From Octopus sinensis (lineage: Eukaryota), in contig NW_021832105.1 in NCBI RefSeq assembly GCF_006345805.1, forward strand, positions 1 through 33,394: a DNA stretch of 33,394 nucleotides, read 5' to 3'. Below, one piece after another: positions 20,496-33,394 of the stretch; the stretch's first letter is position 1; each line of letters begins with the position of its first letter. The position numbers were made by a program, and so were the translations under genes. The notes below the pieces were generated by a model that saw only the letters and a program-made list of their open reading frames with translations, was not told the DNA's origin and searched no databases.

Positions 20496-20964
20496 AGAAA
20501 TATGTATATACACACACACACACACAACACAGAACGTAAATGACAAAGAAAGAGAGAGAGAAAGAGAAGGAATGAATGGTGCTGAGTGAGGAGGTGCGAC
20601 GAAAGGAATGAAAAGTAGAAAATCCAGAAGAAATGATGCTCAATTTTTGTAGATTTTAAAATCTTAAAAATGAATATTATATCGAAAATATTTCAAATAA
20701 ATTATATACGTGTATATACGTGTTCGTATGTGTGCATGCATATGATGTGGAACTGTTCGTGAGAATACAGGTATTCGCACTCACGCACACACACATGCAT
20801 ATGTATGCATATATGTATGTATTGACATCAAGGTGTTCACGCATACACATAAATACACATTCAAAGCTAAGTGGGAATACACACACTTACATTACACATC
20901 ATATATATAATTGCTTGTGTGTGTGCTCTTGTCTCCTTTGAGTGAAAGGGAGATTTAAAAAGAT

Positions 20965-20973
20965 GCAGAAGTG

Positions 20974-21022
<49 letters not shown>

Positions 21023-21258
21023 AAAGGTGAGAGAGTGTAAGAGAAAGGCAGAAAGAGAGAGATATCAAAATGTATGAAACACAGAAGTGAAAGAGATAGA
21101 TAGATAGAGAGTGAGAGAGAAAGTGAGTGTGTGTGTGTGAGAGAGAGAGAAAGAGATAGAGAAAAAGAGAGAGAAATAGATAGATAGATACATAGAGTGA
21201 ATGATTGATTGATTGATTGATAGATTGATTGATAGATAATTGGAGAGAGAGAGAGAAA

Positions 21259-21316
<58 letters not shown>

Positions 21317-21531
21317 TGATAGATAAATAGATAAATAGAGTGAATGAAAGACTGATTGATTGACTGATTGATAGATTGATAGATAGATTGATCAATTGAT
21401 TGGTCGATTGATTGATTGATTGAATGATAGATTGGAAGATAGATAGATAAATACCTATATGTGACGATAATTAAATAGGTAGGTAGAGGGAGAGGGAGAG
21501 AGAGATTGCTTGATTTATTGATTGACTAAGT

Positions 21532-21582
<51 letters not shown>

Positions 21583-21730
21583 GGATGGATAGATAGATAG
21601 ATAGATAGACAGTCAGTCAGCCGGAGAGACAGAGAGACAGACAAACAGTCTGATAGATAGATAGATAAATAGATAGATAGCTAGTTGCTAGCAAGCTAAT
21701 TAGATAGATAGATAGATAGATAGACACCGA
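20965..21730. repeat. (GA)n/(GATA)n/(GATT)n compound block
   Basis: Read directly. Confidence 0.95.
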
Positions 21731-21789
21731 GAGGGAATGAGAGAGAGAGAGAGAGATTGAGAAAGAAAGACGGATACGCTTTGTTTAGG

Positions 21790-22740
21790 AAATGGCGATG
21801 AGCAGTGGTGGTGGCGCAGTCGGCGGTAGCGGCAGTGTTGGTGGTAGTGGTGGCGTTCGGCGGCGGCGGCGCCGGTAGTGGTGGTGATGGTGGTGATTGT
21901 GGTGAAGGTGGTGGTGGAAGTGGTGGCGGTAGCCAAGTGGGTGATTGTATCCCTTGTAGTAATGGTGATGCTTGTGTTGTTGCTGTGTTTGTTGTTGTTG
22001 TTAGTGGTGGTGGTGTTGGTTGTGGTGGTGGTGGTGGTGGCGGTGGTGATTGTGGTGTTTTGGGAAAGGAATTGATGCGTGGAAAATGTTCATTCGCCTT
22101 GGGGCAAGGGGGACATAACACATTTAGGATCCATTGAAATGCTAGGGAGACACGATAGACCGTGTGTGCACGTATGCGCAGTGCGCGTATGAGTGTGTGA
22201 GTGTGCGTGAGCATGCGCGTGTAATTGCGTGTGGAAACGGATACCCACAAGGCAATGTGTGTGTCTGTGCGTGCGTGTGTGTGTGTATACATGTATTTTT
22301 GTACGTGTATGTATGTGTGTATGTATGGATATGTATACGTGTGTGTGTGTGTGTGTGTGTGCGTGTTTGTGTATGTGTGTATGTGTGTGTGTGCGTGTGC
22401 GCTTATGTTTTCATGTATTTGCAGGCGTGTAAATTGAGTGGTGTGCGTTCGGCTGGTCGGTTGGTGTTGATGTTGTTGTTGTTGGTGGTGGTGTTGGTGG
22501 TGGTGGTGGTGATGATGCTTGTGGTGGTTGTGGTAGCTGCAGTTGTGGTGTTTGTGGTGGTGGTTGTAGTGATGGTGGTGGTGGCGGTGATAGTGGTTGT
22601 GATGGTGGTGGTGGTAGTGGTGGTGAAGAGGGGGTGGGCAGGTGGGTGCTTGATGGATTGGTTTGTGGAAGGGTAGCTGGTCTGTCGGTTGGTTGGCTTG
22701 TTGGACGGTTAGGTGGTCGGTGGAGGGGGTGGTTGATGGC
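21790..22740. repeat. (GGT)n-(GT)n-(GGT)n degenerate block
   Basis: Read directly. Confidence 0.92.
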
Positions 22741-22869
22741 AAGTATTGAACCTTTGTTTAATGATGTGACTCTTATCTTGGCTCTGACGCTGCTCCAAGT
22801 TCAACAGGGGTCGGCATATCGATGCGGGGCAGGCGCTGACACGCTGACAAGTCTTGGATTCGGTTCCAG

Positions 22870-23340
22870 CGAAACAAAACAAAAGGGGGAAAAGAAAAAA
22901 GGAAAACAAAAGAAAAAGCAAAGAAAAAAAAAGGAAAATGGAGTTGATGGAAAACGAGAGAGAGGGAGAGACAGGGGGAGGTATGAAACGTACAAAAGAG
23001 GAAAACGAAGGGGAAACAGGGAGGGAGGGGGAAGAAAGAGAGAAATAGAAAGGAGAAGGAAAAAGAAGGGGAATGAGGAGGCGGGGGAGCGAAAAAGAAA
23101 AGATGAAGAAGAAGGAAAGCGGGGAGAAATAGAAAGGAAAGAAGAAGACGAAGAAGAAGAAGAAGAAGAAGAAGAAGAAGAAATGAAGAAGAGGAAGAAG
23201 AAGAAGGAGAAGAAATGAAGAAGAAGAAGTAGAAGGAGAAGAAGAAGAAGAAGAAGAAGGAGAATAATAATAATAAGAAGAAGAAGGAGAATAATAATAA
23301 GAAGAAGACGAGGAGGAGGAGAAGGAGGGGGAGAATATTG
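22870..23340. repeat. Polypurine (GAA)n/(GGA)n low-complexity block
   Basis: Read directly. Confidence 0.92.
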
Positions 23341-23599
23341 TAGAACAACAACAAGCAGAAACAAAGAGATAAAAAGGCGGTATATTATGGAGGAGTCGAA
23401 GAAGACAAGGATATATTTATAGAGGGGGAGGTAAAGAGTAATACATTATGGCAAATGACAGAGATAGAGGGGGGAGAGAGAGGGAGAGAGAAGGAGAGAG
23501 AGAGGAGGGAGAGCGAGAGCAAGCAGACAGATACCGATATAGAATAAGAATGAGACATAGAGACGATGTAGGAATAGAGTCCAGTTAAAAAATGGAAAC

Positions 23600-24000
23600 G
23601 TGTGCAGGTACATACAAATATGTATTTGTATGTATATATACATATATATGTAATTATGTAAGTATGTATGTATATATGTGTGCATGTATATGTACATACA
23701 TATATATGTATGTATGTAAGTATGTATACATCTATGTATGCATGATGCGTGTGTGTATGTGTACATATATGAACGTATAGATACACATATATATATATAT
23801 ATATATATTATATGTGTGTATATAAAGTGATATATATATATATATAATTATATGTATGCATACACACATGTATATAAACATACATATATATATGTAAGAA
23901 TATATATATGTATAGAAAGTGATATATATATATGTATGCATACACACATATATACATACATACATACGCGCATACATACATACACATAATATGATAGGTG
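23600..24000. repeat. (TA)n/(TATG)n/(TACA)n block
   Basis: Read directly. Confidence 0.92.
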
Positions 24001-24844
24001 ATAGAGATGGAGGAAGTTATATATAGACATTAAAAGGTGCGACGACTTGAAAACAGAAGGGAGTTGTTCCAAAATCGAAGCAAAAGAAATGAAAATAAAG
24101 TTAAAATCCATAATATTCTTTTACTGTTTTCAGCTCGTGGGGCATGACCATGTTGGGGCAGCGTTACTAAACTCAAGATTTGTGTCAACCGCAGAACAAT
24201 AGAGATTTTAGTTGACGAGTGTGCTTTTTTTACTTATCGAAATTGTTTATTCCCGTGGTAAATTGTACATGGTTGAGGACACTTGGTCTAGTATTCAAGG
24301 CCTCGCTATCACGATTGCAAGATGGTAGTCTGTATTCTTGGACCGGCCATGCAATGCATTATGTTCTTGAACAAATCATTTCCTTTTACGATCTTACACT
24401 CCATCAACACAGCAATTTCTAAATAACGCAGAGGCGGTAAAAACGGCCGTAGAAACGGGATAAGCATCTCCAAGAGTCTTCAAAAGCCGAGACGACATGC
24501 TCATTTAATATTGTGAACCACAGACTGTACTAGGCAATGTATTCCTGGAGTTGGTTAAGTGTAAACTGAAAGAAAAGACTAAGCTGCTATTTCTAAATGG
24601 TCGAGCGATCACCAACAGATTCCTTCATCTAGAGCAATTAACGTAGTAAATAGTGATAGATGGCTCATATTTATTCTATCGAAATATGAAAATTGAAAAA
24701 CATTAAGAAAAATAAGGTTATAATTTAACCACACTCACTGTCGGTGAGTGTGTTAAATATATATATATATGTATGTGTGTGTGTGTGTGTGTGGTGTATA
24801 TATATATGTATAATATATAATATGTATATATATATGTATGTATC

Positions 24845-24918
<74 letters not shown>

Positions 24919-25609
24919 TATATACGCCAACCACCGCTTTACGAAGCATACAATTGTAGCTATAGTTAGTTAATATAGATTAGGCCCGGGACATCCCAGT
25001 TCGAATGTCTGTATCTGTATTGTTTTATCTTCAGTCGTAGTCCATCTAGAACTACATAGCCCCATGTACCCTTACAAATTTTCTTGTGTTTGGTGTTTCA
25101 AAACCGGATGTGTGTCATCTAGGGGATACTGAGTCACTATTTCTTGCAGACGCAGACGTCTTAATGAGCCCTCCTCCTGCTTTGTCTCATGAGAGGAATG
25201 TAACAGCGGATGCTATTGGTGCTGTATTTATTGTTGTTGTTGTTGTTTTATTACCTTTGATGGCATTATTGTTTAGTTGCAGGTCAAGTAGTTAGACCAA
25301 TAACGAAAGATTTTCAAGCTGTGTACCTCCTAAGATTGAGTATTTTTTGAAATACCATAACTAGGTCTCACGATACACTATTAGTTGCGTTCGTAAGCAT
25401 AGGTCTTCAATTGAAGAGGAGACTTGGTCGATATTTCTAGCGAAGTTGCACACCTCATATCAGCGCCTTTCTGCCTGCACGAAAGCTCATCCAGGACGGA
25501 ATTTCAGTCAAAGAAGAAGAAAGGATTTTTTGTGTTTTTTTTGGGGGGAGCCAATAGCATCGGTTATAGAAATAGCATATATGTTACGACAGGTGTGATA
25601 TCATGCTTG

Positions 25610-26140
25610 GATGGAGGAGGGGGGATTAGAGGAGGAGAAGGAGGAGGGAGAAGAAGTGTAAGGTGAACGAAGGGAAGGATGAAGAGAACGAAGATGAAGT
25701 GGAGGAGAACGAAGCGGTAAGCAGGAGAACGAAGATGAAGAGGAGAACGAGTTGGAGGTGGAGGAGGAGAAAGAATATGAAGAGGAGGAGAATGTGGAGA
25801 AGGAGAAGGAGGATGAGTGGGAGGAAAAGAAGAACTAAGAGGAAGAGTATTAAGTGGAAGAGGAGGAGGACGACGACGAATAGTAGGAGGAGGAGGAATA
25901 CTAGAAGGAGAACGATGTAGAGGAAAGCGTGGAGGGGGAGAGGAGGGGAAAGGGATGGCGACAACGACGAAGAGTAGGAGGAGAATGAAGGGGAGGAGGA
26001 GAACGAAGGAGAAGAGGAGGAGAGGAGTAGGAGGATAAAGTAACCGAGAAAAGTATGTGAGGAGCTGATGTCACACTGTGATATTGGTACATGCTGGAGA
26101 GTTTGGGTGGTGGTGGTGGTGGTGGTAGTGGTAGCGGTGG
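25610..26140. repeat. Polypurine (GGA/GAA)n block ending in (GGT)n
   Basis: Read directly. Confidence 0.9.
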
Positions 26141-27044
26141 TGGGTAATCAGAGAAGTAAGGAGTGTGACGTTAATGGTGAAGGCATTGGTAGTAAATTGA
26201 GTTAAGGATCGAATGATCGTTGTGGTACACGTGGTGGTAAGGATGGAGGTAAGAAGCGTATGATGAAGTGGTGAGAATGATGAGGTTGACGATATGTTTC
26301 CTTATTAGCCACACAGGGCTGAACACAGAGGGGACAAGTTACAAAGTAGTGCTTTTCTTTTTGGGGATAAAAAAAGGATGGGGGTAGCTTTTCGATCAAA
26401 AGGGATCGTAAAATAAAGGGAAAAAGAAAAAAAGAAAAAAGAAGGGAAAAAATGGGGTAGAAGAGAGTGAGTCGCCCCGATGGTACCAGAGGTAATGATT
26501 GGAGTAAGAATCGTGTAATTGTCTCGGTAATAGGGTTAAACGTTCTGGTAATGATGGCGGTAAGGGTCATTTGATATAGTTGTTGTTGCTATTGTGGCGG
26601 CTGTGGTGGTAGTGGTGGTAGTGTCGGTGGTAGTAATGATAAAGAGAAAGATGGTATGATGATGGTGGTGGTAGTGTTCATAATGTTGAAAGTAAGAATT
26701 GTGTGCCAATTGTGGTGGTAGTGTTATTAATGATGGAAATAAATAATGATCGCGTGATGACTGCGGTGGTGTATATAGTAATAACCGGAGTAAGAATCGT
26801 TGTTACGGACGGTAAGGCAATGTTGGTAATGATTGATATAATGATCATCGTCATACAATCGTTTTAAAAACGTGTGTAATGATGAACAGATGATAGCTTC
26901 GCTGGTGCTTGTAATTATGAAAGTAGGGATTGTTTATATATATATATATAATATATATATAAGGAAATGGAAGTAATGACGGAGGTAACTACGGTGATGA
27001 CAATTTTTGTTGTATACGGCTGTGTTTTTAAGTAATATATATAT

Positions 27045-27108
<64 letters not shown>

Positions 27109-27893
27109 TAGTAAAGAGTGAAAAAACGACAGAAGGCTTAAATGTTAAAAAATATATATATTTGCGTCAATATGTCTGAAGAATATTAGAAAATTAAAAA
27201 AAAAAAATTTTACCCCTTATATATATATATATATATATATATTGTACAATGTATGTCTACGTGTATACGTGTGTATTTTAATATTGTTCTTACCCTTCTA
27301 TGATTCACCTTGTTTGAAATGTTTGTCAGTTGTGTCTAAGAACCATGATAGTGGAATTTCAGATGCAAAAGAGATAAAAGACATATTGAGGTAAAGTATT
27401 TAGTTCTAAAATCCTTGCTTCTACACATATCGAAACACTATTCAGCCTTGATTCAGTGTTTCAGCACAGATTAGTTAAAGATAGGCTGGAGTACGTTCTA
27501 GCTGTTACAATCAATTATTATTTTGCAATATATTTAGAGCTACATCAGCAACGAGTTATCATCTTTTTGATGGTGTCTTTTTAATTTGAGTGAAATTAAA
27601 CTAATTCTAATGAAGTGGAAAAGCCAGTAGATTAAGTTTCGTTTATTGTATATACGCTGTATTTAGATGTCTTTGTTCCACCCGTGGCGGAAATGCATAG
27701 CAGTCATACGCCACATAAAAATCATAATGCATTTATCGCAGCCCTCACTACTATTTCCAGTGTGTCCTCCCTCCCTCTCTTTGCTGGTTTACGTTTTTAA
27801 TTAGAGTAAAATGAAGCATTTGTTTCTTGCAAGGTCGTGTAACCAGTAGATTCATTTGCATTTATTTTGTATTTATATTTTTTTGATCCGTTA

Positions 27894-28040
27894 CGGCGAC
27901 GAGCTGGCAGAATCGTTAGCACGCCGGACAAAAATATATAACAGCAATTTCTCTGCCTTTACGTTCTGAGTTCCATTCTTGTCGAGGTCGACTTTACCTT
28001 TTATACTTTCGGGATCGATGAAATATGTGCCATTTGAACA
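27894..28040 (+). mobile_element. SINE family A, diverged 3'-truncated copy
   Basis: GAGCTGGCAGAATCGTTAGCACGCCGG..TTACGTTCTGAGTTC..GAGGTCGACTTTACC..TTTCGGGATCGAT. Confidence 0.75.
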
Positions 28041-28236
28041 CAGAGGCTGATGAATTCGAAAGTCTCTCACCACAAATGTTCAGGCCTCCTTCCGATAGTA
28101 GAGATATTTCATTCCTCCGTCCTCGGCGTACATGATGCTTAAGAAAAAAACAAGAAAAGGTAATGCATTTATTACAGTCATTCACCGTTAATAAGGGCCT
28201 ACGTGTCAAATATGCCAAACCAATATAAATGTAGTG

Positions 28237-28542
28237 AGGCGCAATTGCCCACTGGTTAGGGCAGCGGACTTGCGTTAGGAGGATCGCGATTTCGATTCCC
28301 AGACCGGGCGTTGTGAGTGTTTATTGAGCGAAAACATCTAAAAGTTCCACAAGGCTCTGGCAGGGGGTGGCGGCGACCCTTGTACTATTCTTTCGCCACA
28401 ACTTTCTCTCAGTCTCTCTTCCTGTTTCTTGAGTAACGCAGCGATGGACTAGCGTCCCGTCCAACTGCAGGAAACACATACGGCACAGAAACCGAGAAAC
28501 CGGGCCCATGAGCCTGGCTAGGCTTGAAAACAGTTAAAATAA
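28237..28542 (+). mobile_element. tRNA-derived SINE, family D, full length (V-domain-like segment)
   Basis: A-box-like CTGGTTAGGG, B-box-like TTTCGATTCCC; the head matches 16657-16746. GCGATGGACTAGCGTCCCGTCCA resembles the V-SINE domain (recalled). Ends at (TA)n. Confidence 0.75.
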
Positions 28543-28964
28543 TTATATATATATATATAAATGTAAGACAAAAAGCCCCGTATTTAAAAAGACGGGCTAT
28601 GGGGTTTCCTATCTATTTATTATCTCTCTTCACATCTCAATGTCTGCACGAATAAAAACCTTAACGCTCTCTCCCATTTCTGCTTTGAGCAATTAACTAA
28701 CTATAAAAATACTAAGAGATCCCTTAACTGATAGTGCTCATTAGGTTATTGTTTAACCACAAACTGTTAGTGGCTGAACCCCAATATCTTCAAACAAACG
28801 CCATATCTCTTTTAGCCACAAAGTGATGTGAAATGACGTTCATATTTGCCCCTCCTTCATTTTTGTTTAATATATTTTATTTTCAGTTGTTTTATTTATT
28901 TATTTTGCTATTCTATTAATCGCCAAGTACTGATGTTATTGTTTCTCCTACCCAGTATCTCCAT

Positions 28965-29002
28965 GTGTGTGTGTATGTATACACATATATGTATGTATAC
29001 AA

Positions 29003-29037
<35 letters not shown>

Positions 29038-29565
29038 GTATGTGTTATAATATATATATATTATATATATATACTACATATATACACACAAATTTATATA
29101 AATATATACATATATATATATATCCATATACATGTTTATATATATATACTTATATATATATATATAATTATATATATATATTATATAATATAATATATAT
29201 ATATATATATATGTATATATATGCAGTAGATTGTATATATATTATATCTATGTATATATACATTATATACACATATGCATTTACACACACATTATACTCA
29301 GACACACACGCACACAATCAGACGCATATATTCAAGCATACATCAAAAATCTATGGTTGTTATCATCATCCACCCCCTTTTTTTTCATGTCGTGTATCTA
29401 GGAACCCTTAGTGAAGGAAAAAACAAACAGGCTCCACCCATGTTTATCTATTTCATCAACCACACACACACATTTAAATTCGTTAAGACACAACCCTGTC
29501 CTGACGTTCGTTACTCGTCCATTTTTTAATTCTTCCTTTTTGGCGTTTTTGATATATTCATTCAT

Positions 29566-29627
<62 letters not shown>

Positions 29628-29640
29628 GTTATTATTATTA
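28965..29640. repeat. (TA)n-rich block followed by (ATT)n
   Basis: Read directly. Confidence 0.92.
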
Positions 29641-29759
29641 TTTCCGTTTTTATTACGCAAAGTTCCTGTGTCTAGAATCATTACTATAATAACGCCTAAC
29701 GTTAATCTTAACCGAACATTAAATATCAGTCTCTTAATTCTTTCCCATCAACGTACATC

Positions 29760-30004
29760 TCTCCTTCCCTCTCTCTCTGTCTCTCTCTAACACCCCATTT
29801 CGTTCTTTTCCATTTTCTCTCTTTCTCTCCCTCTTTCTCTCTATCCATCCCCCTCTCTCAGTCATTGGTTTCTCTTCTCTAGATCTCTCTTATTCTCAAT
29901 CTGCTCTTTGTCTCTCTCTATGTCTCTATTTTTCTCTATCTCTCTTACTCTCTTCCTCTTATTCCATGCTGCATCTCTTTATATATTCATTACTTTCGCT
30001 CACT

Positions 30005-30046
<42 letters not shown>

Positions 30047-30420
30047 ACGCCCCATATCGTTCTTTTCCATTCTCCCTCTTTCTCTCTCTCCCTCCCCATC
30101 TCTCAGTCATTGTTTCTCTTCTCTACATCTCTCTCATTCTCTAACTTTCTTTTCGTCTCTCCCTTTCTCTCTATTTTACTCTCTCTCTCTTTCTCTCTAT
30201 TTTACTCTCTCTCTCTTTCTCTCTATTTTACTCTCTCTCTCTTTCTCTCTATTTACCCTCTCTCTCTTTCTCTCTATTTTACTCTCTCTCTTTCTCTCTA
30301 TTTTACTCTATCTCTCTTACTCTCTTACTCTCTTCCTCTTATTGTATACTGTATCTCTTTATATATATCCATCTCTTTCGCTCACCCCCTCTTTCTCTTC
30401 CCCCTCTCTCTCTCTTAACC
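29760..30420. repeat. CT-rich block containing a diverged tandem duplication and a 24-26-bp minisatellite x6
   Basis: TAACRCCCCAT.TCGTTCTTTTCCATT at 29788 and 30045; TCTCTTACTCTCTTCCTCTTATT at 29941 and 30321; ATTTTACT-type anchors every 24-26 bp from 30173 to 30300. Confidence 0.8.
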
Positions 30421-31144
30421 CCAACTCTTTCACAACCACAGTGCTTTTCCTTTTTTTCATCCTCCACTCAAAACACCAAAAGCTTTACCATCTTCCTTTG
30501 CCATCCAATATCTCTCCCTCTTGTAACCACATTATATAAGAGTCCGACATCGCCATAAGCACACCACATTCCACCATCATAATAACAACCAGCATCATCA
30601 CCAAAAGCTTCAAGAAAACTACTACCATCACCACAACAACAACAAAAAAACAACAACATCAACCACATTGTCTTTTTTTTCTTTCTTTCTTCCTTATTTT
30701 ATTAACCACATTGAACGAATCTGATAAATACCCGCTCGCTAATATCTTTATATCAAACCCTCCTTCATAGCTAGCAGGCTAAACACAGAAGCTACATGGT
30801 GAAGACATGCCTTATCTGTCTTTCCCCAGTTCGCCTAATGTGGTGGTTCTTTTTTGTTTTGAATCCGTATTTGTTTTATAATATTGCTTCTTTATTATTT
30901 TTTCTATCTTTTTGTTGTTGTTTTTTTTTATTTTTGTCGTTCTTTTTTCTCCCTCCGCTTTATCGCATTAATCATGCTAAAAACTTTGACAAATGTTATT
31001 AATTGCTTACTCATCGGAAAGCGTTGCCAAATCGCCTTTCCACGTTGGAAGCAGTATTGTCTTAACCGCCTCGCTAAATTATAGAGGGCGTGACGAAACA
31101 GCGATGTTACCAAGGAATAGACGAATATGATTTAGATAAAAAAA

Positions 31145-31194
31145 AAGCACACACACGGACACGCGCACACATACACTTATAGATAGATACGCTT

Positions 31195-31267
<73 letters not shown>

Positions 31268-32168
31268 CACGTACTCAAGCACAGTGAAGGAGAGTCCTAC
31301 ACGCATGCATACATACGCATACACACATATACACACAAACGCACACACACTTGTACATCGTAGATATATATGCATACTCGCTAACATATATATATATATA
31401 TATACATTCATACGCACATACATATAGATACACATTCATACACACATGCATTTATACAAGAAAGACGCGCACACAGTGACACTCGCCAAATAAAAACAGA
31501 CATAAGACAAGAATACTCTCTCGCTTTCTCTCAATACACACACACACACACACCACACACACATACACACATACACACATACACACACACACACTGTCTT
31601 CTATACAGGTGTACTCAATTCCCCTCTACTTTATACGCACTCACACACATACACACACACACACAAGATTAAGAGTCTGAAAGAATATTTTTTATTTTGT
31701 ACTCAAAGATGGTAATGAAGGAATGTGGAATTGGGATATGAGAATGTAGTAGAATTTGTAGCGGTGGTTTTTTTAGAAGTGGTACTGGAAGATTTACTGT
31801 GATGATGGTTGCGGTAGCGGCGGTGGCGGTGGAGGTGGTGGTGGGTGGTGGTGGTGGTAGTGGTGGTGGAGGTGGTGGTAGTGGTTGTGATGTTAGTACG
31901 ATCGTTGGCGCTAATAGTACTACTGCCAATGGTCGTAGTGGTGGTGGTGCTGCTGCTGGTTACTGTTGAGGATGATGATGATGATGCTCATAGTAGTGAT
32001 GGGTTTTGGTGTGGTGATGCTGGGGTGGTTGTTATAGTGATGTTGTGGACGGATGAAGCAGTAATAGAGATAGTTGTCATGGTTGTAGTATTGGTGGTGG
32101 TGGTAGCATAAGTAGTAACTGTTGTAGTAGCAGCAGCAGCCGCAGTAGAAGTAGTAGTAGTAGTAGTT

Positions 32169-32224
<56 letters not shown>

Positions 32225-32225
32225 A
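31145..32225. repeat. (CA)n/(TA)n block, then (GGT)n and (TAG)n blocks
   Basis: Read directly. Confidence 0.9.
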
Positions 32226-32290
32226 ATGTTTACATTCAGCTTCATAGTATAGGCAAAAGTTTTCATATTTGATGAACTCATATATTCGAT

Positions 32291-32456
32291 GATATTGACC
32301 CCAGCAGTTGACTGGTACTTTATTTTATCAATCCTGAAATAGGATTGAAAGAAGGCAAAGTTGACCGCGACGTGATTTGAACACTGACTTTAAAGAACCG
32401 GAAGAAATGCAACGAAGCGTTTTTTCCGACGCGCTAACGAGTCTGCCAACTCACCA
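32291..32456 (-). mobile_element. SINE family A, diverged copy
   Basis: GACCCCAG..ACTGGTACTT, AAGGCAAAGTTGACC, ATTTGAAC and GCTAACGAGTCTGCCAACTCACC match the reverse complement of family A. Confidence 0.7.
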
Positions 32457-32766
32457 TCACCCTCTGCTAGCTACTCTCTCTCTCTCCTCCTTCTCACTAT
32501 CTATCTATCTATCCCTATCACTGTCTCTCTCTCCTCCTCCTCCTCTCTCTCTCTCTCTATCCCTATCACTGACTCTCTCTCTCACACTCTCTTTCTCTCA
32601 TTTTCATTTGCTCCCTCTCCTTCTCTGTCTCTCTCTGTCATTCTCCTCCTCTCTATATCTCTCTTATTCTCCACCTCTCTCTCTATCCCTATCTATGTCC
32701 TCCTCCTCTTCTCCCCACCCCCTCTTTCTCTCCGACTGCGCTATACCGCGGGCATAACGTATACAA

Positions 32767-32994
32767 GCGGTGAGCTGGCAGAAACGTTAGCACGTCCGGC
32801 GAAATGCGTAGCCGTATTTCGTCTGTCGTTACGTTCTGATTTCAAATTCCGCCGAGGTCAACTTTGCCTTTTATCCTTTCGGGGTCGATAAATTAAGTAC
32901 CAGTTACGCACTGGGGTCGATATAATCGACTTAATCCGTTTGTCTGTCCTTGTTTGTCCCCTCTATGTTTAGCCCCTTGTGGGTAATAAAGAAA
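32767..32994 (+). mobile_element. SINE family A, young monomer (tail type 1)
   Basis: Nearly identical to 7999-8228 over about 228 bp; the B box carries one substitution (GATTTCAAATTCC). Confidence 0.9.
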
Positions 32995-33321
32995 CAGATC
33001 ATAAAAGTATTGCATCGATAGCATTACTTTGTATGTGGAATAGGCACAACTTCGATTATAGGCACGAGTAGCATCGGATGGATAACGCTGACCTACACAC
33101 ACGCTTTTAGCGTTAAAGGTTGGAAATTGAATAATTCCAATTGGTCGGTAACTGATGAAGAATTATGGACTTTCTGTAATATGCCTCACGCTCGTTTTTA
33201 CATTCAGTACACGTTATGTCGTCTGTTTATTTGCCATACATTTTTCATTGCTCACTTTCTCTCTCTCTCTCCCTCTTTCTCTCTCCCTCCCTCTCTTTCC
33301 CACCCCTCTCCCCCCCCTCTC

Positions 33322-33377
<56 letters not shown>

Positions 33378-33394
33378 CTTTACTACCACACCAC

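Noticed and set aside
21696-23364. ORFs of 348, 194, 193 and 187 aa
   Set aside because: Composed of GGT, GT and GAA repeats; only the short unique island at 22746-22870 is kept as a lead.
25086-25295. 69-aa ORF with an apparent transmembrane helix
   Set aside because: The hydrophobic stretch is encoded largely by a (GTT)n repeat, the start is GTG and the splice donor is weak.
28043-28068. GAGG-CTGATGA-ATTC-GAAA-GTC-TCTC, a hammerhead-like string on the plus strand
   Set aside because: Core words and a 4-bp stem I are present, but there is no room for stem II or stem III and it lies at the end of a degraded SINE; probably chance.

Overview
AT-rich, microsatellite-dense eukaryotic non-coding DNA (intron or intergenic). 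The repeat families look like those of a coleoid cephalopod, probably Octopus; this is recognition from memory, not a database result. I find no credible intact protein-coding gene, rRNA, true tRNA or CRISPR array, and nearly all long ORFs in the track are read-through of simple repeats. Supportable content: (1) about 18 copies or fragments of at least four tRNA-derived SINE families, labelled A-D here; (2) the frameshifted 3' end of a mariner transposase with its TIR and TA site (6875-7089); (3) two copies of a short repeat that each carry a minimal type I hammerhead-ribozyme-like motif on the minus strand (3644-3681, 20447-20479), as known from Penelope-like elements; (4) an unclassified interspersed repeat (E) and a small element with sub-terminal inverted repeats and a hairpin; (5) a 28-bp x8 minisatellite and many long simple-repeat blocks. 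The leads most worth following are the hammerhead motifs, the modular head-(184-bp unit)n-tail build of SINE A with exact microhomology deletions, closely spaced inverted SINE pairs (possible dsRNA/ADAR substrates) and a triple CACGTG cluster. Boundaries of degraded repeats are approximate.
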